A stretch of DNA of 64,000 bases, taken from assembly GCA_045114635.1 (NCBI GenBank), contig JBGUKY010000022.1, positions 4,680 to 68,679 on the forward strand, in the 5' to 3' direction. Each line of letters begins with the position of its first letter. Positions within the stretch are counted from its first letter, which is position 1. Positions 18,288 through 28,533 of this stretch are shown piece by piece. The notes under the pieces are model-generated. The model did no database searches. It was not told where the DNA came from and was given only the letters and a program-made list of their open reading frames with translations. The position numbers were made by a program, and so were the translations under genes. Origin of the DNA: Candidatus Enterousia sp. Lineage in GTDB: Bacteria; Pseudomonadota; Alphaproteobacteria; Rs-D84.

Positions 18288-18972
18288 CACCAGCAGCACT
18301 GCGATCCTTGGCATCAAATATTTCATCAATATCTAACTTTTTTCCCATACCAATTTCTACCAAAGTGCCAACCATGTTGCGCACCTGATGATGTAAAAAA
18401 GAACGCGCAGAAAATTCAAAAATTATTTCATCGCCGTTTTTAGTGATTGTACACGAATCCAAAGTTTTAATTGGTGACTTTGATTGACATTGTATAGAAC
18501 GAAACGATGTAAAATCGTGCTTGCCTATCAATTTTTGTGCTGCCACTTTCATTTTTTCAACATCTAATTTTTGCGGCACCCACCAAACACGATTTTTCTG
18601 TAAAACAACCGGTGCATTACGATTCAAAACAATATATTTGTAATGTCTTTTCTTACATGAAAAACGCGCATGGAAATCATTATCTACTTTTTCACAATTT
18701 AAAACAGATACAGGTTTATCAACAAGATAAAAATTCATAGCACGCATAACTGTATCTGGACTTTGTTCTTTATCCAAATCAAAGTGCGCAACCATATTGA
18801 TTGCATGCACACCTGCATCAGTGCGTCCCGCACCATATACGATAACTTTTTCACTACAAAACTTAAATATTGCATCTTGCAAACAAGATTGTACAGATGA
18901 CCCCTGACGGTTTTCTTGCCAACCGATTAAATCTGTTCCATCGTATTCAATATTTATTTTGTATCGTGTCAT
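18226..18972 (-). CDS. truA: tRNA pseudouridine(38-40) synthase
   Basis: 248 aa. YDGTDLIGWQ, catalytic GAGRTDAGVHA, RSFLHHQVRNMVG. Confidence 0.9.
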   Translation of the reverse strand: MTRYKINIEYDGTDLIGWQENRQGSSVQSCLQDAIFKFCSEKVIVYGAGRTDAGVHAINMVAHFDLDKEQSPDTVMRAMNFYLVDKPVSVLNCEKVDNDFHARFSCKKRHYKYIVLNRNAPVVLQKNRVWWVPQKLDVEKMKVAAQKLIGKHDFTSFRSIQCQSKSPIKTLDSCTITKNGDEIIFEFSARSFLHHQVRNMVGTLVEIGMGKKLDIDEIFDAKDRSAAGVNAPASGLYFVRADYATDAD

Positions 18973-18974
18973 TT

Positions 18975-19271
18975 TTATCTGTTTTTGAACCTAAAGCCTG
19001 TACGTTCCAACAACCATTTCTTTATCGGATTGATTTGATTATACCATTTCCAATATGGTTTTCCATTGTCACAAGATGCCAAACCTTTAACTTCTGCTAT
19101 TTCACTCATGCGTTCTGCACACAAACGTTCTTTTGATACATCTTCATTTTCACCAACAAAAATACATCCATGACAATCTGTTTTTTCATTTGATCTATCC
19201 CTGTTCATATCATCAACATAATTGTTATGATGTTTTGTTTCTTTCTTGTTTTTATTTGTATAAAAAATCAT
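18975..19271 (-). CDS. small Cys-containing protein (98 aa), paralogue of the adjacent gene; unknown family
   Basis: Aligns along most of its length with the 19282..19593 product (H-x-NY-[VI]-D, C-x2-C, LCA, EIA-x-V-x-G, C-D, KWYN, P-x-KK, LE-x-[ST]-GF). Its stop lies 2 nt from the truA start. Confidence 0.6.
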   Translation of the reverse strand: MIFYTNKNKKETKHHNNYVDDMNRDRSNEKTDCHGCIFVGENEDVSKERLCAERMSEIAEVKGLASCDNGKPYWKWYNQINPIKKWLLERTGFRFKNR

Positions 19272-19281
19272 TTTTATCTCC

Positions 19282-19593
19282 CTATCTTGCTTTTAAATCA
19301 AAACCAGATTTTTCCAATATCATTTTTTTCAATGGTCCGACAAAATTATACCATTTAAAACGAGATCTTGCAGAATCACAAGTTCCTGCTCCTTGTACAA
19401 TTGCGATTTCATCTATGTGTTTTGCACACAATAACTTGTCCTGAACAACCACCAAATGTTTATTTTTACCACAATATATGCACATCCAACAGCTTACACA
19501 ATTTTTCTTATTAGTGTTTCTAACGCTATCAATATAATTGTCATGTTGTACAGCTTTGCTTTTACTGTCAGTTGTATAATTTGCTACAATCAT
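19282..19593 (-). CDS. small Cys-containing protein (103 aa), paralogue of the adjacent gene; unknown family
   Basis: See 18975..19271. Contains CVSCWMCIYCG plus LCAKH and GTCD. 10-nt spacing from its paralogue. Confidence 0.6.
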   Translation of the reverse strand: MIVANYTTDSKSKAVQHDNYIDSVRNTNKKNCVSCWMCIYCGKNKHLVVVQDKLLCAKHIDEIAIVQGAGTCDSARSRFKWYNFVGPLKKMILEKSGFDLKAR

Positions 19594-19704
19594 TAATTAT
19601 TCCTTTTATTTTGTTTTTGGTGCGTTTATATATGTAATACATTTATAGTATATAGTTGGAACCATATCGCTTTTATATATGTATTTCTTTTTTTGTAAGT
19701 TATT

Positions 19705-20517
19705 TTATTCTCCGTACTTTATATCTGCACCATGAAGACCATTTACAAAACTTTTCCAATCCATCGGATTTTTTCCTGCTGGTTGTATTCTTGTAATGTT
19801 CAATGTGTTATCTTCTATTCTTGTTTCTAATATTTTGACATCAATGCCATTTATTTTTGTACGACCACACCCCAGCGCACGAATTTGATTATGAATTTTA
19901 ATTGGTGATTCTTTCCAATCTATTATTTCATCATCACCTTCAAATTTGCGTGTAAAAGTTGGCTCTCCAACTTGTGGCACGGCAACAAATGCATTTGGAT
20001 TTGACATATATTCATCAAGCATTTTAATTGCAATATTCGATACTTTTGCTTCAACAGTTTCATTTGTATCATTTTCGGCAATTTCTATGTTTTTTCGCAT
20101 ATAGATATCGCCCGCATCCATTTCAGGCGTCATTGCCATCAAGCACACATCCATATCTTTATCACCGTTTAATATCGCAGTTCTTATTGGTGATGGACCA
20201 CGATATTTAGGCAAAGAACTTGGATGAATATTGATACAAAGCGCAGCATTCAAAACATTGTCACGTAATATAACACCATAAGAAAACACAAGTATCATAT
20301 CTGGTTTGTCAGTGATTGAATCAAACTCTTTGATACTTGTATGTATATTCAAACCACGTTTTTCTGCCCACTGATGTACAGGTGATGGTGTTAAAATATG
20401 TTTACGCCCCATTGGTTTTGGCGCACGTGTAAACACAGCAATAACATCATGCTTGTTGGCCAAATTATCAAAAACAGGAACAACAAAATCGTTAGTTCCC
20501 ATTAAAATAAGTTTCAT
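19705..20517 (-). CDS. fmt: methionyl-tRNA formyltransferase (short form, 270 aa)
   Basis: Formyltransferase core (NIHPSLLPKYRGPSPI) and a C-terminal Fmt-type domain. 4-nt overlap with def. Confidence 0.85.
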   Translation of the reverse strand: MKLILMGTNDFVVPVFDNLANKHDVIAVFTRAPKPMGRKHILTPSPVHQWAEKRGLNIHTSIKEFDSITDKPDMILVFSYGVILRDNVLNAALCINIHPSSLPKYRGPSPIRTAILNGDKDMDVCLMAMTPEMDAGDIYMRKNIEIAENDTNETVEAKVSNIAIKMLDEYMSNPNAFVAVPQVGEPTFTRKFEGDDEIIDWKESPIKIHNQIRALGCGRTKINGIDVKILETRIEDNTLNITRIQPAGKNPMDWKSFVNGLHGADIKYGE

Positions 20518-21017
20518 TTATGCCCCCGATTAACCTTTCTCATCAACATTTCACGCTTTACACCAGACAAATAGTCAATAAACAACACACCGTCCAAGTG
20601 ATCTGTTTCATGTTGTACTATACGCGCTGGAACACCAGACATTTTCGCACACAATGTTTCACCGCGTTCATTCATCCATTCTACATCAACACTTGCTGGA
20701 CGACGCACATTAGAATAAACAGGCAAACCATCAGAACCCAAAACAGATAAACAGCCTTCTTCCATAACGCATGTATCTTCGCTTTTTGATATAATTTTTG
20801 GGTTTATCATGCGATATATTTCGTTAGTATCAGGATCCATCATAACTAAAAATCTTTGTGTAATGCCAACCTGTGGCGCTGCAAGACCAACCCCGTTCTG
20901 ATCCGCCATCATTTTAACCATTTCATCCATGGTCTTTAACAATTCTGGCGTGATGTCTGATACAGGGGTGCATTTTTCTCGCAAAACCAAATCACCACAA
21001 AGTTTCATTTGCAACAT
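20514..21017 (-). CDS. def: peptide deformylase
   Basis: All three Def motifs are present: GVGLAAPQVG, EGCLS, HETDHLDG. Confidence 0.9.
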   Translation of the reverse strand: MLQMKLCGDLVLREKCTPVSDITPELLKTMDEMVKMMADQNGVGLAAPQVGITQRFLVMMDPDTNEIYRMINPKIISKSEDTCVMEEGCLSVLGSDGLPVYSNVRRPASVDVEWMNERGETLCAKMSGVPARIVQHETDHLDGVLFIDYLSGVKREMLMRKVNRGHK

Positions 21018-21069
21018 TTATAAAACCCTTTTATAATCTGTGTAACAGATTGTAGCAAAGGATTTTTAA

Positions 21070-21948
21070 ATGACAACTTATATTTTCGCTCTTTTGATTA
21101 TTATCACAGTATTGCTTTTGGTTCTGGTTTTCCGCAAAAACACCGTCGATTTATCATCTTTGCGTGAAGATAACGCACGTCTGCGTGAAAGATTGGCAGA
21201 AAGATTGGGGACACTTTCTCAAAATGCTTTGGAATTAAAGAATATAAGTTCTGACATTGCTAACTTCAAAGATATTTTAATGGGCAACAAACAAGCACGT
21301 GGAACATTCGGCGAAAGACAATTGGAAGATTTAGTTACCGATATCATGCCACCGGAAACTTACGACTTTCAAAAAGTATTAGAAACTGGGGTTCGACCAG
21401 ATTGTGTTATAAGATTACCATATCCCCCAGGCGATATGATTATTGATAGCAAGTTTCCACTGGAAAGTTATAACCGTATATTGGAAAATAAAAACGATGG
21501 TATGGCACGCAAACAATTTGAATTAGATGTTCGTAAACATATTGATGCAATTGCAGAAAAATACATTATTCCGGGGGTCACAGCGGAAAGCGCAATGATG
21601 TTTATTGCATCTGAATCCATCTTTACAGAATTACATACAAGATTTCCAGACACAATAGCATATGCCGCACATAAAAAAGTGTTTATTGTATCACCTTCTA
21701 CACTGTGGGCGACATTAAACACAATCCGCGCAGTATTATCAGATATAAAAATTAAACGCGTGGCTGGCAGAATAAAACGCGAACTCGATTTGTTATTAAC
21801 AGACTTGTCACGACTTGATGAACGCGCATCAAAAGTTGATCAACATTTCACACTTGCACAAAAGGATATGGCTGATTTACAAACATCTATTTCCAAAATT
21901 ACCCCACGTGCAGAAAAATTACGTGATATGGATTTTGGCGAAGATTAA
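21070..21948 (+). CDS. rmuC: DNA recombination protein RmuC (short, 292 aa)
   Basis: N-terminal TM/coiled-coil, then an RmuC nuclease-like core (RPDCVIRLP...IIDSKFPLESY...MFIASESIF). Divergent from def. Confidence 0.8.
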   Translation: MTTYIFALLIIITVLLLVLVFRKNTVDLSSLREDNARLRERLAERLGTLSQNALELKNISSDIANFKDILMGNKQARGTFGERQLEDLVTDIMPPETYDFQKVLETGVRPDCVIRLPYPPGDMIIDSKFPLESYNRILENKNDGMARKQFELDVRKHIDAIAEKYIIPGVTAESAMMFIASESIFTELHTRFPDTIAYAAHKKVFIVSPSTLWATLNTIRAVLSDIKIKRVAGRIKRELDLLLTDLSRLDERASKVDQHFTLAQKDMADLQTSISKITPRAEKLRDMDFGED

Positions 21949-22244
21949 ACGAAAGTTCTTGTTTTTTCATCCAGTCGAACTTTTAATTCCCATACAGGCG
22001 ACAAACCCAGATCATTAGGCTTGTCTGTTATGGATACGGATAATAATTTGCATTTGATTGTTTTATCGGTATATCCATCATGGAAAAACACATATTTCCA
22101 CAATTTCTTTTCACCATTAATAATCGGATTAAATTTGTTATTCCAATAATCTTTACATTCGCGATATTCAGATGTCTTTTGACCAGATTTGATTTTTTCA
22201 AACCAAACATGTTTCAAAACAAGATGCAATATTTCGCACGACAT
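21945..22244 (-). CDS. ASCH (PUA-like) domain protein
   Basis: 99 aa. FEKIKSGQKTSEYRE matches the ASCH F-x-x-I-x-x-G-x-K-T-x-E-x-R pattern. Confidence 0.65.
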   Translation of the reverse strand: MSCEILHLVLKHVWFEKIKSGQKTSEYRECKDYWNNKFNPIINGEKKLWKYVFFHDGYTDKTIKCKLLSVSITDKPNDLGLSPVWELKVRLDEKTRTFV

Positions 22245-22255
22245 AAAATGTCTTA

Positions 22256-22852
22256 TTATTTTCTTAAACCTGTTTTTGGATCAATCCATACTTGTTCTTT
22301 CGCAATTTCCATCATTGGCATATCTGACGAACTATCTGAATAAGAACGAATTACATTTGGAATATATTTGTGTTCCATTGCCCATTTATCCAATGCAACA
22401 ACTTTATTTTTATTCCAACATAAAAACTTGTACTTATATGGCTTTTCTTTATCCATTTGCGAACAAATCACAGCATCAAATTTCATATCAGCAACAAGAT
22501 GAGGAATTAAATAATCAGGACTTGCAGAAATAAGAATTACTATGTTACCTGCTTTTTTTTCTTTGGCAACCTGATCAGCCGCCCAACCAAATCTATTGTG
22601 TTTGTGTGATTTTATAACATCGGCAGAAAAATCACGAACCATTTTTGGTGTTATAAAATTACGAATAGTTTCACGCCACCAAATACCATTGCGGTTCAAC
22701 AAAGATCCGACTCCAGCAATCAACACACAAGGTACAAACAACCATGGACGAACAGAATGTTTGAAACAATATTTAAAAAACTCTGCGTTTGAATCACTTG
22801 CTGACAGGGTTCCGTCAAAATCAAAAACTACTATATCTTTTTTCTGCAACAT
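22256..22852 (-). CDS. HAD-superfamily (subfamily IB-like) phosphatase
   Basis: Motif I VVFDFDGTL, motif II ILISASP, motif IV YSDSSSDMPMM. Confidence 0.75.
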   Translation of the reverse strand: MLQKKDIVVFDFDGTLSASDSNAEFFKYCFKHSVRPWLFVPCVLIAGVGSLLNRNGIWWRETIRNFITPKMVRDFSADVIKSHKHNRFGWAADQVAKEKKAGNIVILISASPDYLIPHLVADMKFDAVICSQMDKEKPYKYKFLCWNKNKVVALDKWAMEHKYIPNVIRSYSDSSSDMPMMEIAKEQVWIDPKTGLRK

Positions 22853-22855
22853 ATC

Positions 22856-23509
22856 TTATCTTTTTTTCTGAACTTCTTTTGCGTATTTATTCCATGTTTG
22901 TTCACGAATAATTTTTTTACGTTCTACTGCGAATTCGACACTTGAATTGATCGAATCTATTCTGGCTATATTAGATTCAAATTTTCTTTTCAATCTTGGA
23001 TCGTTTATTACATTAAAAAATTCACTGTTTAATAATTGTTTATCAGTATATTTATCTGATAAAAACAACATTAAATCATAAAACCATCTTTGGTTTTTAC
23101 GTATGTAAGGCATTGTAGGCACAGAATGTCCTCCATTATAACAAACACTATCCGATTCAACTTCTTCACAAAATAAATCTGATATTACAGCTTCTTGTCC
23201 AAGCACTCCTAACATAAATCTGCGTAATCGTATATCTTGTATATTCTGTTTTATATATTCTTTAGAATATATTTTTAACAAGCATTTATTAGCATCATGA
23301 AAATTTTTTACTTTTTCATCACGAAGATACATCAAATTTGTTGCCATTCTATATTCTGGATGCACAGTCAAAGCGCTATCTGTTTTATGCTGTACCGTTG
23401 CCAGTTGGCTTTCCGATAATTGTTTATTACCACAAGAAGCCATAGTAAACACCGCCGTTGTTACAACACCAGCTGTTTTAATTCCAGAAACAATTTTATT
23501 ATTTTTCAT
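22856..23509 (-). CDS. putative lipoprotein, unknown function
   Basis: Signal sequence ending in the lipobox-like FTMASC. 3-nt spacing to the HAD gene. Sits in the efflux operon. Confidence 0.6.
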   Translation of the reverse strand: MKNNKIVSGIKTAGVVTTAVFTMASCGNKQLSESQLATVQHKTDSALTVHPEYRMATNLMYLRDEKVKNFHDANKCLLKIYSKEYIKQNIQDIRLRRFMLGVLGQEAVISDLFCEEVESDSVCYNGGHSVPTMPYIRKNQRWFYDLMLFLSDKYTDKQLLNSEFFNVINDPRLKRKFESNIARIDSINSSVEFAVERKKIIREQTWNKYAKEVQKKR

Positions 23510-23549
23510 GTTTTACCTTTTTTACATAAAAAATATATTTTGTTAACAC

Positions 23550-26500
23550 TTATTTTGTCCTATAGATTCTTTTACGCAATTTCTCCATAAGCGTAAATAT
23601 AGCAGGTGTCAAAGTGAATGTCCACACCAAAGAAGCACTCATACCACCTATCATAACGGCACCCATTGCAACCTTTAATCCGTCATTCGACCATAATTGC
23701 GGCACCATACCAGCAACAACAGCTATCGTTGTCATCCATATCATACGCTTTTTATCCATCAATTCTTGCCAAAGAACTTTTTGTGCATCTTCACCTTTTT
23801 GGACACGCGCAACAGTTGGTTCCAACACCAAAATATTGTTATTCACAACCAAGCCAACTAACATAATAAACGCCAACATAGCACCAACATTAAACGAAGC
23901 ACCAGACAAGAACAACACAATAAACACACCAGCAAAACACGTGATTATAGATGTTGCAATTGTGAAAGGATGTATAAACGAATTCATGATTGCAGCCAAT
24001 AACATAAACGTCAAAATTGTTGCCAACAAGAACGCACGTGCAATTTCAGTTGTTGATTCATCTTGAATTTCGGACATACCAGCAAACGAAGCACTGTATC
24101 CTGGTTCCCAATCCATAGCATCCAAATATTTTTGTATTTCTGCCTGGACAGGTCCAACCGTAGATTTACCAATATTGATATCTATTTCTGTGATACGGTT
24201 TTTGTTAATACGATAAATATTGGAAGTTGCAGGAACATTTTCTATAGTCCCAAGTTGTGAAAGCGCAACCATACCTTTCTTAGAGTTCACATAAACACTG
24301 TCAAACATAGATTGTTTTTTGAACTGTTTTTCAAACTCTAAAACGATCGGATATTCATCACCCTTTTCTTTGTATTTATAACTATCATTTCCAAACAAAG
24401 CAGTACGCAAAGTAGACCCTGCCTGAGAGTTTTTTACACCCCAGAAATTCATCTTTTCACCATCAGGCACAAAACGAATTTCATTATTTGGTGTTTGTTG
24501 CGCCAATACTGCACTTTGCACTGCATCTATGTTATTTACAATATCTATGATCTGATTTGCATATGCTGTACGCTTTGCATCATCTTCACCGTACACATTT
24601 AATTGCATATCAGAATTAAATCCTGAACCACTTATATATTCACCAGCGCGAATCTGAATTTCTGCATCAACAATGTCCGACAAAGCCGGCAACATTTTTT
24701 GTGCTAACTTTTTATCACTGATATCACGTTTTGTAATATCAACCAAAGCAACTTTGACACTTATATTTTGCAAACCTCTATCACCGATTTTGATTGTTGT
24801 AGATTCTACTTCTGGAAACTCTTTAACACGTTTATCTATTTCACGTGCGATAGCTTCTGATTTAGAATACACACTGCCCATCGGCGCACGCGCTGTTACA
24901 GTTATTTCGTTTGCATCTGTTGATGGTGAAAACTCGTTTCCAACAAATTTCATCAACTGGGCAGACATAATCAATACCGCAAACGCACCAATAACAACAA
25001 TCAACGGATGACGCATTTGGTATTGATACCAGCCACGTAAACGCGATTGATTATTGTGTTCTTCAATTTCTTTGACATCACGTTTAGTTTGGATTTTACG
25101 TGGCAATCTTAATAATTTTGCAATCATCATTGGTGTCAAAGTGAAAGAGAATAACAATGACAACAAAGTTAAATACACAACAGTCATTCCAAACTGCAAC
25201 ATGAATTGACCAACAATTCCGCCCATAAACGCCAAAGGCAAGAACACAACAACATTTGTTCCAACACCAGCCAGCACTGGCACAGCAACCTTACGCGTAC
25301 CGTCTTCTGCTGCTTGTTCTGGTGTTTTACCACTACGCAATTCAGTCAAAGCAGATTCAATCAAAATAATAGCATTTGACACCAAAGTCCCAAGCGCCGT
25401 TGCGTATGCTAATAATGTCATTGCATTGATTGTAAATCCTGATTCATCCATCAAGAAGAACCCTGACAACAAAGATGCAGGAATAACAACACCAGCAATA
25501 ACTGTTGAACGCCAATTACGTGTAAATGCCAATAATACGATAATCGTAAACACAACCCCCAAAATAATACCGTTAATAGTATTATTTGTATTTTCAGACA
25601 CGTGTGTTGAAGAATCAGATACTATATACATTGACGCATCTGGGAAATGTGTTTTAAGTTCATTTTCAAAATCTGGTATTTTTTTATTCAATGCTTGCGA
25701 AATTTTAATAGCATTACCATCAGAAGATTTTACAACAGACAATATCACAACATTTTCACCATTATGAAGTGCACCTTTTTCAATATCGCGCGCAGCATCT
25801 GTTACACTTGCAACATCTGATATTTTAAAGGTTTCGCCTTCGACAGTTGTGATTTCCAAATTAGAAATATCTTTTATATCTTTAAATTCACCAACGAAAC
25901 GAACATTTTCTGAATTGATTGATGTTTCAATTTTTCCCCCAGGAACATTCAAATTGTGTGAAGCGATTGCAGTTACAATATCAGTAATTGTTACACCACG
26001 CGCAGCCATTAAATCAGGATCCATCGCGATACGCACCGCACGTTGTAAACCACCAAAAGTATTAACAGATGCAACACCTTTGACTGCTGTTATTTTATTT
26101 GAAAGAGTATCAGAAACATATTTTTCAACATCTCTTGGATTGCCACCTTGGATAACAATATCAAGAACTGACGTTTGCAATGGGTTTAATTTAGCAATAA
26201 CAGGTTGTTTCAAATCATCAGGAAAAGAATTAGCCAAACCATCTATTTTTGCTTTTATTTCATTTGCCTTGTCATCAACATTCACGCCTAAATTAAATTC
26301 AGAAATTACAAAAGCCGAGTTTTCATAAATCTGGGATGTAATTTTTTTCACACCTGCCACTTCGGACATCGCATTTTCTGCTTTCTTTACAACCTGACTT
26401 TCAAGTTCTTCTGGGGTTGCACCAGGGTAAATAAATGTGGCCGTCACATAAGGGAAATCTATTGACGGTGTACGTTCAATATTCATCTTCGGAAAAGAAA

Positions 26501-26573
26501 CTAATCCCAACACCACAAAGAATAAAACGAACATTATTGTTGTAACTGGTTTACGAATAAAAAACTTTAACAT
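23550..26573 (-). CDS. RND-family efflux transporter permease (AcrB/HAE1-like)
   Basis: 1007 aa. Typical AcrB layout of 12 TM segments with two large periplasmic loops. N-terminus MLKFFIRKPVTTIMFVLFFVVLG. Confidence 0.9.
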   Translation of the reverse strand: MLKFFIRKPVTTIMFVLFFVVLGLVSFPKMNIERTPSIDFPYVTATFIYPGATPEELESQVVKKAENAMSEVAGVKKITSQIYENSAFVISEFNLGVNVDDKANEIKAKIDGLANSFPDDLKQPVIAKLNPLQTSVLDIVIQGGNPRDVEKYVSDTLSNKITAVKGVASVNTFGGLQRAVRIAMDPDLMAARGVTITDIVTAIASHNLNVPGGKIETSINSENVRFVGEFKDIKDISNLEITTVEGETFKISDVASVTDAARDIEKGALHNGENVVILSVVKSSDGNAIKISQALNKKIPDFENELKTHFPDASMYIVSDSSTHVSENTNNTINGIILGVVFTIIVLLAFTRNWRSTVIAGVVIPASLLSGFFLMDESGFTINAMTLLAYATALGTLVSNAIILIESALTELRSGKTPEQAAEDGTRKVAVPVLAGVGTNVVVFLPLAFMGGIVGQFMLQFGMTVVYLTLLSLLFSFTLTPMMIAKLLRLPRKIQTKRDVKEIEEHNNQSRLRGWYQYQMRHPLIVVIGAFAVLIMSAQLMKFVGNEFSPSTDANEITVTARAPMGSVYSKSEAIAREIDKRVKEFPEVESTTIKIGDRGLQNISVKVALVDITKRDISDKKLAQKMLPALSDIVDAEIQIRAGEYISGSGFNSDMQLNVYGEDDAKRTAYANQIIDIVNNIDAVQSAVLAQQTPNNEIRFVPDGEKMNFWGVKNSQAGSTLRTALFGNDSYKYKEKGDEYPIVLEFEKQFKKQSMFDSVYVNSKKGMVALSQLGTIENVPATSNIYRINKNRITEIDINIGKSTVGPVQAEIQKYLDAMDWEPGYSASFAGMSEIQDESTTEIARAFLLATILTFMLLAAIMNSFIHPFTIATSIITCFAGVFIVLFLSGASFNVGAMLAFIMLVGLVVNNNILVLEPTVARVQKGEDAQKVLWQELMDKKRMIWMTTIAVVAGMVPQLWSNDGLKVAMGAVMIGGMSASLVWTFTLTPAIFTLMEKLRKRIYRTK

Positions 26574-26585
26574 CTTGCTTTCCCC

Positions 26586-27221
26586 TTATTTTTCTATTTT
26601 GACTTTGTCGCCGTTTTTAACGTTGGATAAAATAACAACATCACCAGAATTGATTCCTGATTTGATTAATGCTTTTTCCATATCACGATTTTCTATTGTA
26701 ACTTCACGTAATTGTGCAACACCATCTTCAACAACATATACAGAACTGCCACGCAAAGCAGACACCGGAACATAAAAACCGTTCTTTTTATTTTCAGCGT
26801 ATTGCAAACCATTTTTACAACCCGCTGTTCTTATTACATGCATACCAGTATCCAAATCTATGTTGTGAGACACAGACACTACTTTGCAATCGCCAATTTT
26901 TTGGCCAACTTTGAAATATCCAAGACGCGCCCCAGATACATATGCGCGATTATTATTGATTGTCAAAGGTTCATATAAGACACCATCCGTCTTTTCCATA
27001 TTCAAAATATATACAGGGACACCGTTTTGGGAGTTATTGCGAATAATATTGAAAACTTCAAAATTGTTTTCTTGGCTAACCGCATAAAAGCGACCAGCAA
27101 ACAAACTTATAACGCTTACTATAACGATTGTATAAATAACGTTTTTCGATTTACGTGTTTTAAGTTTTTTAACAATGTTTTCTATTCTTTCTGTTTTCGT
27201 TAGTTTCGCCATTTTATTCAC
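26586..27221 (-). CDS. short RND periplasmic adaptor (membrane fusion protein-like, 211 aa)
   Basis: N-terminal TM anchor. The C-terminal segment YVPVSALRGSSVYVVEDGVAQLREVTIENRD...SGINSGDVVILSNVKNGDKVKI is typical of MFP beta-barrel/MP domains. Its position between OMF and RND genes supports the call. I could not see the alpha-hairpin or lipoyl parts. Confidence 0.65.
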   Translation of the reverse strand: MNKMAKLTKTERIENIVKKLKTRKSKNVIYTIVIVSVISLFAGRFYAVSQENNFEVFNIIRNNSQNGVPVYILNMEKTDGVLYEPLTINNNRAYVSGARLGYFKVGQKIGDCKVVSVSHNIDLDTGMHVIRTAGCKNGLQYAENKKNGFYVPVSALRGSSVYVVEDGVAQLREVTIENRDMEKALIKSGINSGDVVILSNVKNGDKVKIEK

Positions 27222-28533
27222 CTAATTTTTTTATAGATTCACCAGCCATCAAGATATTGTATTTTGCATTCAATACCGCCATATCTGTTTGGAAAAGCGC
27301 ACCAGATACATCTGACAATTCTATTGCCGAAGTTTGACCTGCGGCAAAACGATTCACGGATACATCATATGCTTTTTGCGCCAAAGAATGTGCTTCATTT
27401 AATTTGCCAAGATTGTCGCAAAGATGTTTGTATTTCTTTATCGCAGTATTATATTCCTGACGTATCAATTTCTTAGATTTATCAAGTTCTTGATGAGCGG
27501 CTTCTGCATTCATTGCTTCGATTGTTGCATTTGCAGAATGAAGACCACCATTAAACAAAGGAACCTTTAGAGCCAATCCCCAGTATGCAGCTTGACTCCC
27601 TTCTTTATCTAACAAACCGCCTGCATTATTTGCCAAAGAATAATATGAATATGAACCAACTGCTGCCAATGTTGGATACCCTCCGGCGCGTTTAGACGAA
27701 GCATTAGATTCATACATTTTTATTTGTTTTTGATAAATATCCCATTGTGGATTTGATGTTAATTCTTTCACGTCCATCGCTTCAAATTTTTCAGGGAAAT
27801 TATCTGTTAAAACAACATCTTCTGTTTCATCAATGCCAGCCATTATTTTCAACATATTATACGCTGTATCACGATTGAACATCGCATCAGACAAATTGAT
27901 TTCTTTGGTTGCAATATCGGATTCAATTTTAATCAAATTGCTACGATTTGCACGACCCGCAGCAGTAAGTTTCTTTTTCGCAGCACGCGCATTATCAAGA
28001 TTTTTCTGACTTGCCACAACAATTTCATCTGTCATTTTTGCAGTCCAATAAAGGTTTGCCGCTGCATATTTTACTTCGCGCACAGTCAACTCTTTGGCCG
28101 ACTTTGACATATCAATCGCATCATGCACAGCATCAACCGCATTACCAATTTTTCCGAAAGTATAAATTGGCTGTGTTATCTGAACTCCCGCCGATAAAAG
28201 ATTATCTGGCAATTCGTTTGGTATTGATATTTCCGGGAACTTATATTGTAAATACGCCCCTATTTCAGATGGGAAAGTAATACCTTGGGAGCTTGTTGGA
28301 TTTTTAGGATCGATCAAGTTCATATAAGAAATACTTCCATCAATAGACATCCAACGATTTGCGTTTACAGCACTTAATTGTGCTTTTGCTTTTTTAATAT
28401 TTGCGTCTGCCTTTTTTACATCGTTAGATTCAGCAACGATTTTATCAACCGCATCATTCAATGATAAATCCAAAGCAAAAGCACCAGGGATAACCATTAA
28501 CGCACAAAAAATCGCAAAAAATAATTTACGCAT
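27214..28533 (-). CDS. TolC-like outer membrane efflux protein
   Basis: 439 aa. Signal peptide (ALMVIPGAFA) and two OEP-type repeats with long helical segments. 8-nt overlaps with its neighbours. Confidence 0.8.
   Translation of the reverse strand: MRKLFFAIFCALMVIPGAFALDLSLNDAVDKIVAESNDVKKADANIKKAKAQLSAVNANRWMSIDGSISYMNLIDPKNPTSSQGITFPSEIGAYLQYKFPEISIPNELPDNLLSAGVQITQPIYTFGKIGNAVDAVHDAIDMSKSAKELTVREVKYAAANLYWTAKMTDEIVVASQKNLDNARAAKKKLTAAGRANRSNLIKIESDIATKEINLSDAMFNRDTAYNMLKIMAGIDETEDVVLTDNFPEKFEAMDVKELTSNPQWDIYQKQIKMYESNASSKRAGGYPTLAAVGSYSYYSLANNAGGLLDKEGSQAAYWGLALKVPLFNGGLHSANATIEAMNAEAAHQELDKSKKLIRQEYNTAIKKYKHLCDNLGKLNEAHSLAQKAYDVSVNRFAAGQTSAIELSDVSGALFQTDMAVLNAKYNILMAGESIKKLGE

Noticed and set aside
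21070-22244. RmuC plus ASCH as a possible defence module
   Set aside because: To my recollection, rmuC divergent from def is a common core arrangement. The ASCH gene belongs to the opposite-strand gene string, and no partner nuclease, ATPase or methylase genes are present.
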